Origin: Planctomycetota bacterium
GTDB lineage: Bacteria; Planctomycetota; UBA8742; UBA2392
NCBI GenBank assembly: GCA_022071975.1
Contig: JAJVIO010000052.1
Coordinates: 38,548 to 102,547 of the forward strand
Direction: 5' to 3'
Length of the DNA: 64,000 nt
Part shown: positions 8,798 to 17,205 of the stretch, in pieces
Layout: every line of letters begins with the position of its first letter
Numbering within the stretch: the stretch's first letter is position 1
The notes under the pieces: model-generated
Databases searched by the model: none
What the model saw: only the letters and a program-made list of their open reading frames with translations
What the model was told of the DNA's origin: nothing
Program-made: the position numbers and the translations under genes

Positions 8798-9181
8798 TCA
8801 ATGCCGCACGTTGTGCAAAGGCCGGTCGTAGACGGGCATGAACGCCACCATCGCGCCCGCGGGCCACAGCACGGCAAAGCCGAACAGCAGCGCCGCCAGC
8901 AGCAGGCCAAGGGTGCGCTGGCCGCGACCGGCACGGGTAACGGCCATCGCCACCAGCCAGGTCACGACCGGCAGGACAAATGCGCCGGTTACCGCGCTGG
9001 CATAGAACTGCGCGAGCACCGGCAACTCCATGCCCAGGCTCTCGGCGGCCTTCAGGTTTTCGCCCACGTGGTACCAGGCAAAGCCGCAGCCGCCCAGGGC
9101 CGCAGCCAGACCCATGGCCAGCAACGTTGCGACACCACCCTGCTGCGGCCGCTGATCGGGAGGAACTTCGGACATGGTCAC
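8798..9181 (-). CDS. small membrane protein, hypothetical
   Basis: 127 aa, 3-4 TM. 4-bp overlap with the radA start suggests co-transcription. Confidence 0.45.
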   Translation of the reverse strand: MTMSEVPPDQRPQQGGVATLLAMGLAAALGGCGFAWYHVGENLKAAESLGMELPVLAQFYASAVTGAFVLPVVTWLVAMAVTRAGRGQRTLGLLLAALLFGFAVLWPAGAMVAFMPVYDRPLHNVRH

Positions 9182-10554
9182 CCCACGAGGTAGAACTTTT
9201 CGAGGCCTTCCCTCAGGTTGTTGATCTGGATCAGGCGGAAGTCGTGGGGCGCGCGCACGTTTTCGCCGCGCAGCCTGGGCACCACCGCCTGCTGGAAGCC
9301 CAGTTTACTTGCCTCGTCCAGCCTTTGCTGCATCTGCGTCACGCTGCGCACCTCGCCGGCCAGGCCCACTTCGCCGATGAACACCGTAGCGGGCGGCAGC
9401 TTCACTTCCTGGGCGCTGCTGGCGATCGCGAAGCAGGTGGCCAGGTCGGCACCCGGCTCATCCACCGTCACGCCGCCCACGATGTTCAGGTACACCTCAA
9501 GTTGGCTGAGCCGCAAGCCGGCCCGGCGTTCCAGCACCGCGAGCAGCATGTGGGCGCGGTTCTGGTCTAAACCCGTGAACCTGCGGCGCGGGCTCGAAAG
9601 CGGGCTGGGGCTCACCAGCGCCTGCACCTCCACCAGCAGTACGCGCGTGCCCTCGGCGGCCGGCAGAATCGCGCAGCCCGAGCGCGAGTTGTCGTACTCG
9701 TCGAGGAACACCCTGCTGGCGTTCTCGACCTCGACCAGGCCTTCCTGGCGCATTTCGAACACGCCCAGCTCGCCGGTGCTGCCGAAGCGGTTTTTGCTCG
9801 CGCGCAGCAGCCGGTAGGCCTGGAATTTCTCGCCCTCGAAGTTCAGCACCGTATCCACCATGTGCTCCAGCGTACGCGGGCCCGCGACCGTGCCTTCCTT
9901 GGTGACGTGGCCAACGAGAATCACCGGCATGTGCAGCGACTTCGCCTGCATGATGATGCCGGCCGCGCACTCGCGCACCTGGCCCACGCTTCCGGGCGCG
10001 CTGGGCAGCTCGGAGTCGTACAGGGTCTGCACGGAGTCGATGATGCACAGGGCCGGCTCGAGCTCCTTGATGTGGTTGCGGATGGCGTCCAGCATGGTCT
10101 CCGCCACGACGAACAGCTCGTTGCCCAGGCAGCCCAGGCGCTCGGCCCGCAGCTTGACTTGCTCGGCCGATTCTTCGCCGGTCACGTACAGCACGGCTTT
10201 GCCGGTCGAGGCCGCGAAGCGCGCGGCCGCCTGCAGCACCAGGGTGCTCTTGCCGATGCCCGGGTCGCCGGCCAGCAAGACGGCCGAGCCGGGCACGAAG
10301 CCGCCGCCGAGCACGCGGTCAAGCTCGCCAATGCCGGTAGGGATGCGTGAGGCCTGCAGCGGCTTCACGTCGGCGATGCGTTGGGGTCTGGTGGGTTCGT
10401 TCAAGGCCGCGCGCCGCGAAGGCCGCACCTTTGACGTGTCAAGTTCCTCGACCAGCGTGTTCCAAGCACCGCAACCAGGGCACTTGCCCAGCCATTTCGG
10501 CGAGTTGTAGCCGCACTCGCGGCAGGCAAACACAAGCTTGGTCTTCTTGGCCAT
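9178..10554 (-). CDS. radA: DNA repair protein RadA/Sms
   Basis: N-terminal C4 zinc ribbon (CRECGYNSPKWLGKCPGCGAW), Walker A GDPGIGKST, KNRFG motif, Lon-like C-terminal domain. Confidence 0.95.
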   Translation of the reverse strand: MAKKTKLVFACRECGYNSPKWLGKCPGCGAWNTLVEELDTSKVRPSRRAALNEPTRPQRIADVKPLQASRIPTGIGELDRVLGGGFVPGSAVLLAGDPGIGKSTLVLQAAARFAASTGKAVLYVTGEESAEQVKLRAERLGCLGNELFVVAETMLDAIRNHIKELEPALCIIDSVQTLYDSELPSAPGSVGQVRECAAGIIMQAKSLHMPVILVGHVTKEGTVAGPRTLEHMVDTVLNFEGEKFQAYRLLRASKNRFGSTGELGVFEMRQEGLVEVENASRVFLDEYDNSRSGCAILPAAEGTRVLLVEVQALVSPSPLSSPRRRFTGLDQNRAHMLLAVLERRAGLRLSQLEVYLNIVGGVTVDEPGADLATCFAIASSAQEVKLPPATVFIGEVGLAGEVRSVTQMQQRLDEASKLGFQQAVVPRLRGENVRAPHDFRLIQINNLREGLEKFYLVG

Positions 10555-10555
10555 A

Positions 10556-10600
10556 GGCGGTCATGGTCGATGGTTAATGGTTGATGGTCAATGGTTCGTG
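10556..10600. repeat. tandem ATGGT(C/T)AATGGTT-type short repeat upstream of radA
   Basis: Seen directly: tcatggtcgatggttaatggttgatggtcaatggttcgtgg. Confidence 0.5.
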
Positions 10601-10603
10601 GCA

Positions 10604-10690
10604 GCGCCCCTACGGGGCGCGATGGGTTGGGCGGATATCATAACCCACGGCTGAAGCCGTGGGCTAAGACCCATGGCCCCTGCGGGGCCG
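10604..10690. repeat. REP-like module (GCGCCCCTACGGGGCGC / CCCACGGCTGAAGCCGTGGG / GGCCCCTGCGGGGCC palindromes)
   Basis: Three perfect palindromes. The same module recurs at 10910-10976 (inverted) and 11445-11531 (direct), flanking the RAYT gene. Confidence 0.7.
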
Positions 10691-10821
10691 AACAGGCGAA
10701 TCCCCGTGGCCTCGATGCGCTGCTAGTCCCCGTGCGCTGCTGGCCGCGATGCTCAGCCAAGCCTCACGCATAGCTGGCCTAGAAGCGCCGGTGGCTATAA
10801 AGGTTGCCGCACCGAGGCCAC

Positions 10822-10917
10822 TTAGCGCCGGAGGGACCGTGCTACTCAGGCCGCTGGCGCCGGAGGCATCGCGGTACTCAGGCCGTTGGCGCCGGAGGCG
10901 CTTTGGTACTTAGCCCA
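10822..10917. repeat. three tandem ~32-bp repeats (TGGCGCCGGAGG...ACTCAGGCCG)
   Basis: Direct tandem repetition seen between REP modules. Confidence 0.55.
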
Positions 10918-10976
10918 CGGCTTCAGCCGTGGGTTTCGGATGCCGTAAACGAATCGCGCCCCGTAGGGGCGCAGCC
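10910..10976. repeat. REP-like module, inverted orientation
   Basis: CTTAGCCCACGGCTTCAGCCGTGGG...GCGCCCCGTAGGGGCGC, the reverse complement of the module at 10604. Confidence 0.65.
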
Positions 10977-11428
10977 TAGTCCCACAAGTAGCGTTCGTCG
11001 TATTCCATTCCGTGACGCTTCAGGAAGTCGATGAGTTCATCCTTGAACCCGCGCTTGAGGTGATGCTCTTCCTGTTCCGCGATGTATCGCTCCACGTTCG
11101 GAATCTTTGATTGACTGACGCTGAACGCGGCGTAGCCGGTCTGCCATGCGAACTTCGTGTCGAGTTTCAGTTCATCGTTCGCCCACCTGGAAGAACTTCC
11201 CTTGATCTGACGCAGGGCGTCGGCAAGCGAGACGGCGGTGCCGAGCCGGCACAGAATGTGTACGTGGTCTTCAACGCCGCCGATGGCGATCAGTTCTCCT
11301 CGAAGTTCTCGAACGATGCCGCCGATGTAGGCGTACAGTCTGGGCTTGGCGTCCGGAGTGATGATCGGCAGCCGATCCTTGGTGCTGAACACGAGGTGAT
11401 AGTTGAGATTGGTGTATGTATGTCCCAT
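10976..11428 (-). CDS. IS200/IS605-like Y1 (HuH) transposase, REP-associated tyrosine transposase (RAYT) type
   Basis: HVHIL HuH motif, catalytic Tyr region YAAFSVS, ~150 aa, start MGHTYTNLNYHLVFSTKDR. Flanked by REP modules. Confidence 0.85.
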   Translation of the reverse strand: MGHTYTNLNYHLVFSTKDRLPIITPDAKPRLYAYIGGIVRELRGELIAIGGVEDHVHILCRLGTAVSLADALRQIKGSSSRWANDELKLDTKFAWQTGYAAFSVSQSKIPNVERYIAEQEEHHLKRGFKDELIDFLKRHGMEYDERYLWD

Positions 11429-11444
11429 GGCGCTCCCTACGGCA

Positions 11445-11531
11445 GCGCCCCTACGGGGCGCGTGTGAATTCGCGACCATGATACCCACGGCTGAAGCCGT
11501 GGGCTAAGTTCTTCGGCCCCTACGGGGCCAA
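11445..11531. repeat. REP-like module, direct orientation (downstream flank of RAYT)
   Basis: GCGCCCCTACGGGGCGC ... CCCACGGCTGAAGCCGTGGGCTAAG ... GGCCCCTACGGGGCC. Confidence 0.65.
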
Positions 11532-11565
11532 TTGCATCGACGGTTCACCCGGATTCGAACCCCGT

Positions 11566-11892
11566 TCAGGAATCCGCGGGATTCTGAATTTCGGGGGTGT
11601 CTCCGCCAGTGAGTTTGTCGTCGTACGGCTGCCAGCCCTGCTCGCCACGGCACGGCGCGCGCTGGGTGAGGCCGCATCCGGGGCAACGCCTGACCTCACA
11701 AAATCCGCCGTGACCGTCTTCGAAGCTTAGGTGAACGACGCCCCAGTCCGCCAGATTACGGGCCTGGCAACGGATACATCGACGTCGCCTTTCGATGATC
11801 GACGTAAGGATCATCGATCCAAGCACCCAGCCGCCGAGAAGCGCGACAAAAGCGAGCAGTCCCCAGAACTTCCAGTCGATCTCAGCCAGCAT
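11566..11892 (-). CDS. small membrane-anchored protein with C4 zinc-ribbon (CIRC...CPGC), hypothetical
   Basis: N-terminal TM helix then a Cys-x2-Cys ... Cys-x2-Cys pattern. Moderate coding signal. Confidence 0.4.
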   Translation of the reverse strand: MLAEIDWKFWGLLAFVALLGGWVLGSMILTSIIERRRRCIRCQARNLADWGVVHLSFEDGHGGFCEVRRCPGCGLTQRAPCRGEQGWQPYDDKLTGGDTPEIQNPADS

Positions 11893-11943
11893 TGCGACAT
11901 TCTATCTCACTCGCTCCGCCACCTGCCGCTCAATCCGTAATCG

Positions 11944-13101
11944 CTATTGTCCCTGGTAGCCCTTCCAGTAGCCGCTGGGGCTGGGGCCTTGCTCGGAGGG
12001 GTAAACTACGCTGCCTTCGATCACCACGTCGGGGCCTACGGTGCGCGTCCGTACATGGTCGAAGGTGATGGCGCGCTCCACGTCCGGCACGCCGGGGCCT
12101 TCCACGGGCGTGGTGGCCGTTTCGCCGCCGAAGATTTTGGGCGCCAGGTAGATCTTCACCCGGTCGATGGCGCGCTCCTGGAAGGCCGTGGCGAACAGGC
12201 CGCCGCCGCCCTCGATGATCACACTGGTGACCTCGCGCTCGCCCAGGTCGCGCAGGATTTCCATCCAGCGCAACTGGCCGTCGCGGCGCGGCAGCAGAAT
12301 CAGGTACACGCCCGCGTCCTCCAGCATGCGCTGCTTCTGTTCGTCGGCGTCCTCGGCGCAGTAGATGAACACCGGGAACTCGCCGGCCGTCTTGATCAGC
12401 TTGCGGTCCATGGCGATGCGCAGGTCGCGGTCGATCACCACGCGCAAGGGCTGACGGCCGACGTCGCCGCGGGCGGTGAGCATGGGGTCGTCGCGCTCCA
12501 CCGTGCCGGTGCCCACGATCAGCGCGCCGGTGCAGCCGCGGTCGTAGTGGACTTCGCGGCGCGAAGCCTCACTGCTGATCCAGCGCGCGTCGCCGGTGCG
12601 GGTGGCGATCTTGCCGTCGAAGGTCATGGCCCACTTGGCGGTCACCAAGGGGCGCCCGCGCTCGACGTGGCTGAAGTAGGCGGCGTTCAGCTCGTGGGCT
12701 TCTTCGTGGCATTCGCCGACCGTCACGTCGATGCCCGCCTCCGCCAGCATCCGCACGCCCTTGCCGGTCACGTTGGGGTGCGGGTCCTGCACGGCCACCA
12801 CCACGCGCTTCAGGCCGGCGCTGACCAGCTGCGGCGCGCAGGGGGGCGTTTTTTTGCCGTCGTAGGCCTCGCAGCAGGGCTCGAGGCTGACATACATGGT
12901 AGCGCCCGCGGCCTTGTCGCCGGCCATGCGCAGGGCGTTGACCTCGGCGTGGGGGCCGCCGAACTCCTCGTGGAAGCCCTCGCCCACGACCTGGCCGTCT
13001 TTCACGATCACCGCGCCAACCATGGGGTTGGGGGCGACGTAGGGCTGGCCTCGACGCGCAAGCTCGAGGGCGCGCCACATGAATCGACGGTCCTGCGCCA
13101 T
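11944..13101 (-). CDS. ribD: bifunctional diaminohydroxyphosphoribosylaminopyrimidine deaminase / 5-amino-6-(5-phosphoribosylamino)uracil reductase
   Basis: CMP/dCMP-deaminase zinc motif (HAE...PCxxC) followed by a RibD C-terminal reductase domain. Confidence 0.9.
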   Translation of the reverse strand: MAQDRRFMWRALELARRGQPYVAPNPMVGAVIVKDGQVVGEGFHEEFGGPHAEVNALRMAGDKAAGATMYVSLEPCCEAYDGKKTPPCAPQLVSAGLKRVVVAVQDPHPNVTGKGVRMLAEAGIDVTVGECHEEAHELNAAYFSHVERGRPLVTAKWAMTFDGKIATRTGDARWISSEASRREVHYDRGCTGALIVGTGTVERDDPMLTARGDVGRQPLRVVIDRDLRIAMDRKLIKTAGEFPVFIYCAEDADEQKQRMLEDAGVYLILLPRRDGQLRWMEILRDLGEREVTSVIIEGGGGLFATAFQERAIDRVKIYLAPKIFGGETATTPVEGPGVPDVERAITFDHVRTRTVGPDVVIEGSVVYPSEQGPSPSGYWKGYQGQ

Positions 13102-13164
13102 GGTGCAATCCTGTTGGGTGCCTCAATGTAGCGTGTTCGGTGGAACGAGCATAGGGCTAGGGGG

Positions 13165-13320
13165 TGCGAGGCGGCAGACGTCAGGCGGCAGGAACTGCGG
13201 TAACAGCGGATGACCAATGACCAAGTGAGAGACGTCGCCGTTTCCCCGGACTTGGGAATCCGCTGTGGTATCTCTGCCGCCTGCTGCCTGCCGCCTGCCG
13301 CCTGCCAACTGCTGCCTCGC
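13165..13320. repeat. long stem-loop whose arms are built from CTGCCGC/GCGGCAG heptamer units, between the MFS gene and ribD
   Basis: Left arm GCGAGGCGGCAGACGTCAGGCGGCAGG, right arm CCTGCCGCCTGCCGCCTGCC...GCTGCCTCGC. The loop contains a GATGACCAATGACCAAG tandem. Confidence 0.5.
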
Positions 13321-13330
13321 GACGCCGCCC

Positions 13331-14728
13331 CTACTCCGTCGTCCGCAACCTTACGAACGTCAGCCCCACCACCCCGCACACCGCCCCGCAAGCGCCGCCG
13401 ATAAAAAACAGTTCGCGCGGGCCGATCCACCCCAGGGCCGCACCCGTGGCCAGCGCACTCAAGGCCGTAAAACCCTGCACCGTGATGGTCACCAGCGCGA
13501 ACACGCGCCCCAGGCGCGCGCGGGGGTAGTGGCGCTGGATCAGCGTGGTGCGGCCGACGGTGATCAGCGGGATGGTCAGGCCGTGGATGAAGATCGCCAC
13601 CAGGAACTGCGGGAACGTTTCGAGCCACAGGAACGGCACGTAGGTAATGCCGTCCATGAACATGCCGATGATCACCAGCTTGCCGGTCTTGATACGCGAG
13701 CCGAAACGCGCGATCAGCACCGTGCCCACGAACCAGCCCGCCGCCAGGGCGGCCTCGAACACGCCATAGGCCCAGGTTTCCAGCCCCAGGTAGCCCTTGA
13801 TCAGGAACATCGCGCCCACGATCGCCGGGCCCATGATGAAGAAGTTGTCCACGGCCGTAAGGAACAGCAGCGCCCGCAGGCGCGAGTCTTTCCGGGCCGT
13901 GGCCAGGCTCTCGCGCAGCTCGTGGAGACTGCTGGGCCGGGGCCCCAGGGGACTGTCCCCGCTTTTGGGGACTGTCCCCGTCGTCGAAGACTCTTGAACG
14001 TCACCACCGGGAGTGCCAGACAAAGCACCCTCAGACTCATGCGACTTCACTGGCCCGACTACGGGGACAGTCCCCAAAGGCGGGGACAGTCCCCTTTGCT
14101 TGATCAGCAGCACGCACACGAAACTGAACGCGAAGCTGGCCGCGTCGGCCGCCAGCAGCCAGGCGATGCCCGTAGGGCCCGGCTTCTCGGCGCCGTAGAG
14201 TTCCGGCCACAGCAGCAGGCCCACCAGCCCGGCGCCCAGCACCACGGCCAGTTGCTGGCTGGTCTGGAAGATGCTGTTCACGCGCAGCAGCTGATAGCCC
14301 TGGGCCAGGTCGGGGATCAGCGCGTCGCGCGCCGGGTTGAACACCGTGGCGAACAGGTAGCTGCCGAAGGCCACGGCCGGCAGCATCCACCACTGCAGCA
14401 GTCCGGCGAAGTAGAGCACGGGGACCAGGCCGACGATCAGCGCGCGGGCGGCGTCGGAGAGCAGCATGATGCCGCGGCGCGAGAAGCGATCGACCAGCAC
14501 GCCGGCGTAAGCGCCGAAAATCAGGAAGGGCAGGGCGTCCATCATGCGCGTAAGGCCGACCTCAAAGCCGGCGTCGCGCCCGAGCATGTAGATGACCAGA
14601 AAGCCGATGCAGGTAGAGAACACCGAATCACCGGTGCCCGAAACAAACTGCGCCAGCCAGAGCAGGAACAGATTCCGCCGCCGATGAGGCGAAGCAGCAA
14701 CCCCAGACTCAGCACCCGCATCAACCAT
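13331..14728 (-). CDS. MFS transporter carrying an in-frame 49-codon repeat-element insertion in its central cytoplasmic loop
   Basis: Typical 12-TM MFS sequence. The TM6-TM7 loop is expanded by the 13948-14094 element (GTVPKSGDSPLGP...). Confidence 0.8.
   Translation of the reverse strand: MVDAGAESGVAASPHRRRNLFLLWLAQFVSGTGDSVFSTCIGFLVIYMLGRDAGFEVGLTRMMDALPFLIFGAYAGVLVDRFSRRGIMLLSDAARALIVGLVPVLYFAGLLQWWMLPAVAFGSYLFATVFNPARDALIPDLAQGYQLLRVNSIFQTSQQLAVVLGAGLVGLLLWPELYGAEKPGPTGIAWLLAADAASFAFSFVCVLLIKQRGLSPPLGTVPVVGPVKSHESEGALSGTPGGDVQESSTTGTVPKSGDSPLGPRPSSLHELRESLATARKDSRLRALLFLTAVDNFFIMGPAIVGAMFLIKGYLGLETWAYGVFEAALAAGWFVGTVLIARFGSRIKTGKLVIIGMFMDGITYVPFLWLETFPQFLVAIFIHGLTIPLITVGRTTLIQRHYPRARLGRVFALVTITVQGFTALSALATGAALGWIGPRELFFIGGACGAVCGVVGLTFVRLRTTE
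13948..14094. mobile_element. 147-bp MITE-like element with 32-bp terminal inverted repeats, each a tandem pair of GGGGAC(T/A)GTCCCC palindromes
   Basis: Left end GGGGACTGTCCCCgcttttGGGGACTGTCCCC; right end GGGGACAGTCCCCaaaggcGGGGACAGTCCCC. Length is exactly 49 codons, inside the MFS CDS. Confidence 0.65.
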
Positions 14729-14774
14729 GGGCCGAAGTGTAGGATCGCGTTTGCCCGCCGCGAGAGGCCATGGA

Positions 14775-16493
14775 TCAGTCGGCGCCGGGATAGAATTCCA
14801 GACTGATGAGTGGCAGGCGGGGTTCGAGTTCCTGCAGCTTTGCGCAGGCCGCCTTGGTCGTCATGCCGATGTAGACGTGTTCCAGACTTGGCGCGCCCGA
14901 CAGCGCGGACAATGCGGAAGCTTCCTGCTCGTTCACCCACAGGGAAAGATCACGCAGCTTTGGCAGCGTTGCGAGCGCCCGCACAGCGGATTCGTCGAGT
15001 CCCTGCGGTGTGAACGCAAGAGATTCCAGAGTCTCGATAGCAGCTAACTCGCGTACGGCCTCTGGAGTGAACCCAGAGTAATTCAGCTTCAGGCTCGTCA
15101 GTTTCAGAGCTGCCAGAAACCGCACGCCCTTGGCAGTTACTTTACTTTCGTCAACCTCCAGTTCGGTGAGCGAGGTGAGTCTGCCCAATGTCTGAAACGT
15201 CGTGTCAGTTAGCTGTTCCGCATCAAAGAGGCGCAGCACGCGCAGATGCTTCAGCGACGCGAGAGCGCTGATCGCGTCGTCATCCAGTTTGTCGGCTCCG
15301 ATTTCCAGCACCTGCAGGCTTTGCACTTTGCACAGCGCCCGCAGCACCTCAGGCGTAACGTAGTCGTAGTACATTCGGAATTCCTGCAACTGCGTGCATG
15401 TGGCGAGATGCACGAGCGCATCCATCTCGACGCCGCAGCAGTAGCTCATGTCCAGCACGCGCAGCCTGGGCAGGCCGCAGATTGCGGCCATTGCGGCGCT
15501 GTCGATTTCCACGTCGTGCGTGAAGTACAACTCTTCGAGCGGCGAATCGTTGCCGAATGCATCGAAGCCGCGTGCATAGATGGTTTCACCGTTCAGGCAG
15601 TAGGCATGTAGGACGCGCAGCTTCGGCAGCAAGGCGAGGTGCCGAATGCCCTCGTCCGTCATCTTCATGCAGTAGCCGATATCGAGGTGTTCGAGGGTCT
15701 TGAACTCTGCCAGCAAGGCGCAGGTTTCGTCATCCAGTTCCGGCGAGCCGCGCAGCACCAGCAGGCGAAGACGCTCCAGCTTCTTGATGTGCTTCAGGCC
15801 GCTGGTCGTCCAGTTGTTCCAGTTCACAGAGGTGAAGCAACTGGGTACGTGGTCCCATGCGTCGAGGCTCAACTCCTCAAGTTTCGGCAGCTTCGCCAGG
15901 TGCTCCAGCGTTGCGTCCGTGAGGTCGCAGCACTCGACCAGCGCGACCCGCGTCAGCGCCGGAAAAGACACCAGCTGGGCGATTTGATCATCCTGCAACT
16001 CGTGGGCGCCGATGAAGGTGATGCTCTGCAGCAGTGGCAGTCTCGCCAGGTGCTTCAGCCCTGCTCCGCTGCCCTGGAACGACCGGATCACCAACTCGCG
16101 CAGGCCAGTGAGCTTAGCCAGCTCACTCAGAGATTCGTCGTTCGCCGTCTCCCAACTGGCCAGCTTAAGCACTTCGAGGCCGCTCAGTTTGGCGAGGTGG
16201 TCGAAGTTCTCGACGCCAACCGCGGCGCCATGCTGAAGCTCCAGCGTTTTCAGGTTCGGCAACTTCGCCAGTGCCGCCCACCCCTTCGCGCTGATCTGCC
16301 AGTCCCAGCAAGTAAGCGACTCCAGCTGTTCGAAGCGGGGAAGCACCTCCAGCTCAGCGTCCGTGAAATCCTGGCCTTCGATCGAGCGTGTGTCCAGCGG
16401 CATTGCCTTAAGGCGCGCCAGCGTCGGGTTGGCGCTCGCGAACAGATAACTGCTCAGGGTGAAAGCAAACAGGATAAGGCACAGGCGCAGCAT
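14775..16493 (-). CDS. secreted leucine-rich-repeat protein (RNI-like LRR)
   Basis: Signal peptide MLRLCLILFAFTLSS, then ~20 LRRs of the LxxLxLxxCxxITD type. Confidence 0.8.
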   Translation of the reverse strand: MLRLCLILFAFTLSSYLFASANPTLARLKAMPLDTRSIEGQDFTDAELEVLPRFEQLESLTCWDWQISAKGWAALAKLPNLKTLELQHGAAVGVENFDHLAKLSGLEVLKLASWETANDESLSELAKLTGLRELVIRSFQGSGAGLKHLARLPLLQSITFIGAHELQDDQIAQLVSFPALTRVALVECCDLTDATLEHLAKLPKLEELSLDAWDHVPSCFTSVNWNNWTTSGLKHIKKLERLRLLVLRGSPELDDETCALLAEFKTLEHLDIGYCMKMTDEGIRHLALLPKLRVLHAYCLNGETIYARGFDAFGNDSPLEELYFTHDVEIDSAAMAAICGLPRLRVLDMSYCCGVEMDALVHLATCTQLQEFRMYYDYVTPEVLRALCKVQSLQVLEIGADKLDDDAISALASLKHLRVLRLFDAEQLTDTTFQTLGRLTSLTELEVDESKVTAKGVRFLAALKLTSLKLNYSGFTPEAVRELAAIETLESLAFTPQGLDESAVRALATLPKLRDLSLWVNEQEASALSALSGAPSLEHVYIGMTTKAACAKLQELEPRLPLISLEFYPGAD

Positions 16494-16573
16494 GCGGCGC
16501 TCCCGGGGTGGGAGAGGGGACCGGCTCATTATTGCTACCCACGCCAACCTTTGCCAGCACAACCTGAAATGGC

Positions 16574-17194
16574 TTGTGGGCTATGCGCCGGGAACTAGCC
16601 TTGCGCGCCATGGCTGACCCTAACATTGAGCGCGCGCGGGTTGCCTTCGGGCGCATGGTGGACGAGCTCTACAAGCGCGGCGCCACCGGGCGGCCGGTGC
16701 TTAACTTTGAGCTCACCGAGGACATGATCGCCGCCACCATCGAGTCCGGCGCGCGCGAACAGCAGGATGCCGAGATCACCGAGGTCAAGCTGCAACTGTT
16801 TGAAGACGCCGCCCTGTTCTCCGCCCGCGTCAAGGTAAGGGGCAAGGCCTGGCCGCCGCGCCCGCCCGTTGACTCGCGCATCGAGCTGGGCGTCCGCGAA
16901 ATCACCCACAGCGAGGCCGGCAAGTCGGGCTCCGTGCTGTTCCGGGTCGAGCGGCCGCTGACTTTTTCCAGCACCTTCGCGGAGCTGCTGGTGGGCATGG
17001 TGGGCAAGCTGCTGAAGAGCGGGCCGGTCAGCCTGGACGCCCTGCGCCACAAGGACGCGCTGGTAACGCTGGATTTCGCCAAGCTGCTGGCCATGTTGCG
17101 CCCGGACCTGGCGGGCAACGCGCAGCAGATGCGGCTCTACCACATGAAGGTAAGCCAGGGGCGCGTGCGTTTTGAGATCGGCTTTGTGAAGTAG
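16574..17194 (+). CDS. hypothetical protein
   Basis: 206-aa ORF with natural (K/E/D-containing) composition; the antisense ORFs are Arg/Ala-rich shadow frames. Possible alternative start at 16610. Confidence 0.45.
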   Translation: MWAMRRELALRAMADPNIERARVAFGRMVDELYKRGATGRPVLNFELTEDMIAATIESGAREQQDAEITEVKLQLFEDAALFSARVKVRGKAWPPRPPVDSRIELGVREITHSEAGKSGSVLFRVERPLTFSSTFAELLVGMVGKLLKSGPVSLDALRHKDALVTLDFAKLLAMLRPDLAGNAQQMRLYHMKVSQGRVRFEIGFVK

Positions 17195-17205
17195 GGGTTG
17201 CCCGC

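Noticed and set aside
13102-13330. FMN riboswitch upstream of ribD
   Set aside because: Conserved FMN-element blocks (e.g. GGATGCCGG…CCGAC) were not found by eye; the structure seen is a heptamer-unit stem-loop.
10556-14100. Possible CRISPR array among the tandem repeats and palindromes
   Set aside because: The repeats are palindromic REP-like units or tandem micro-repeats without regularly sized unique spacers, and no cas genes are present.
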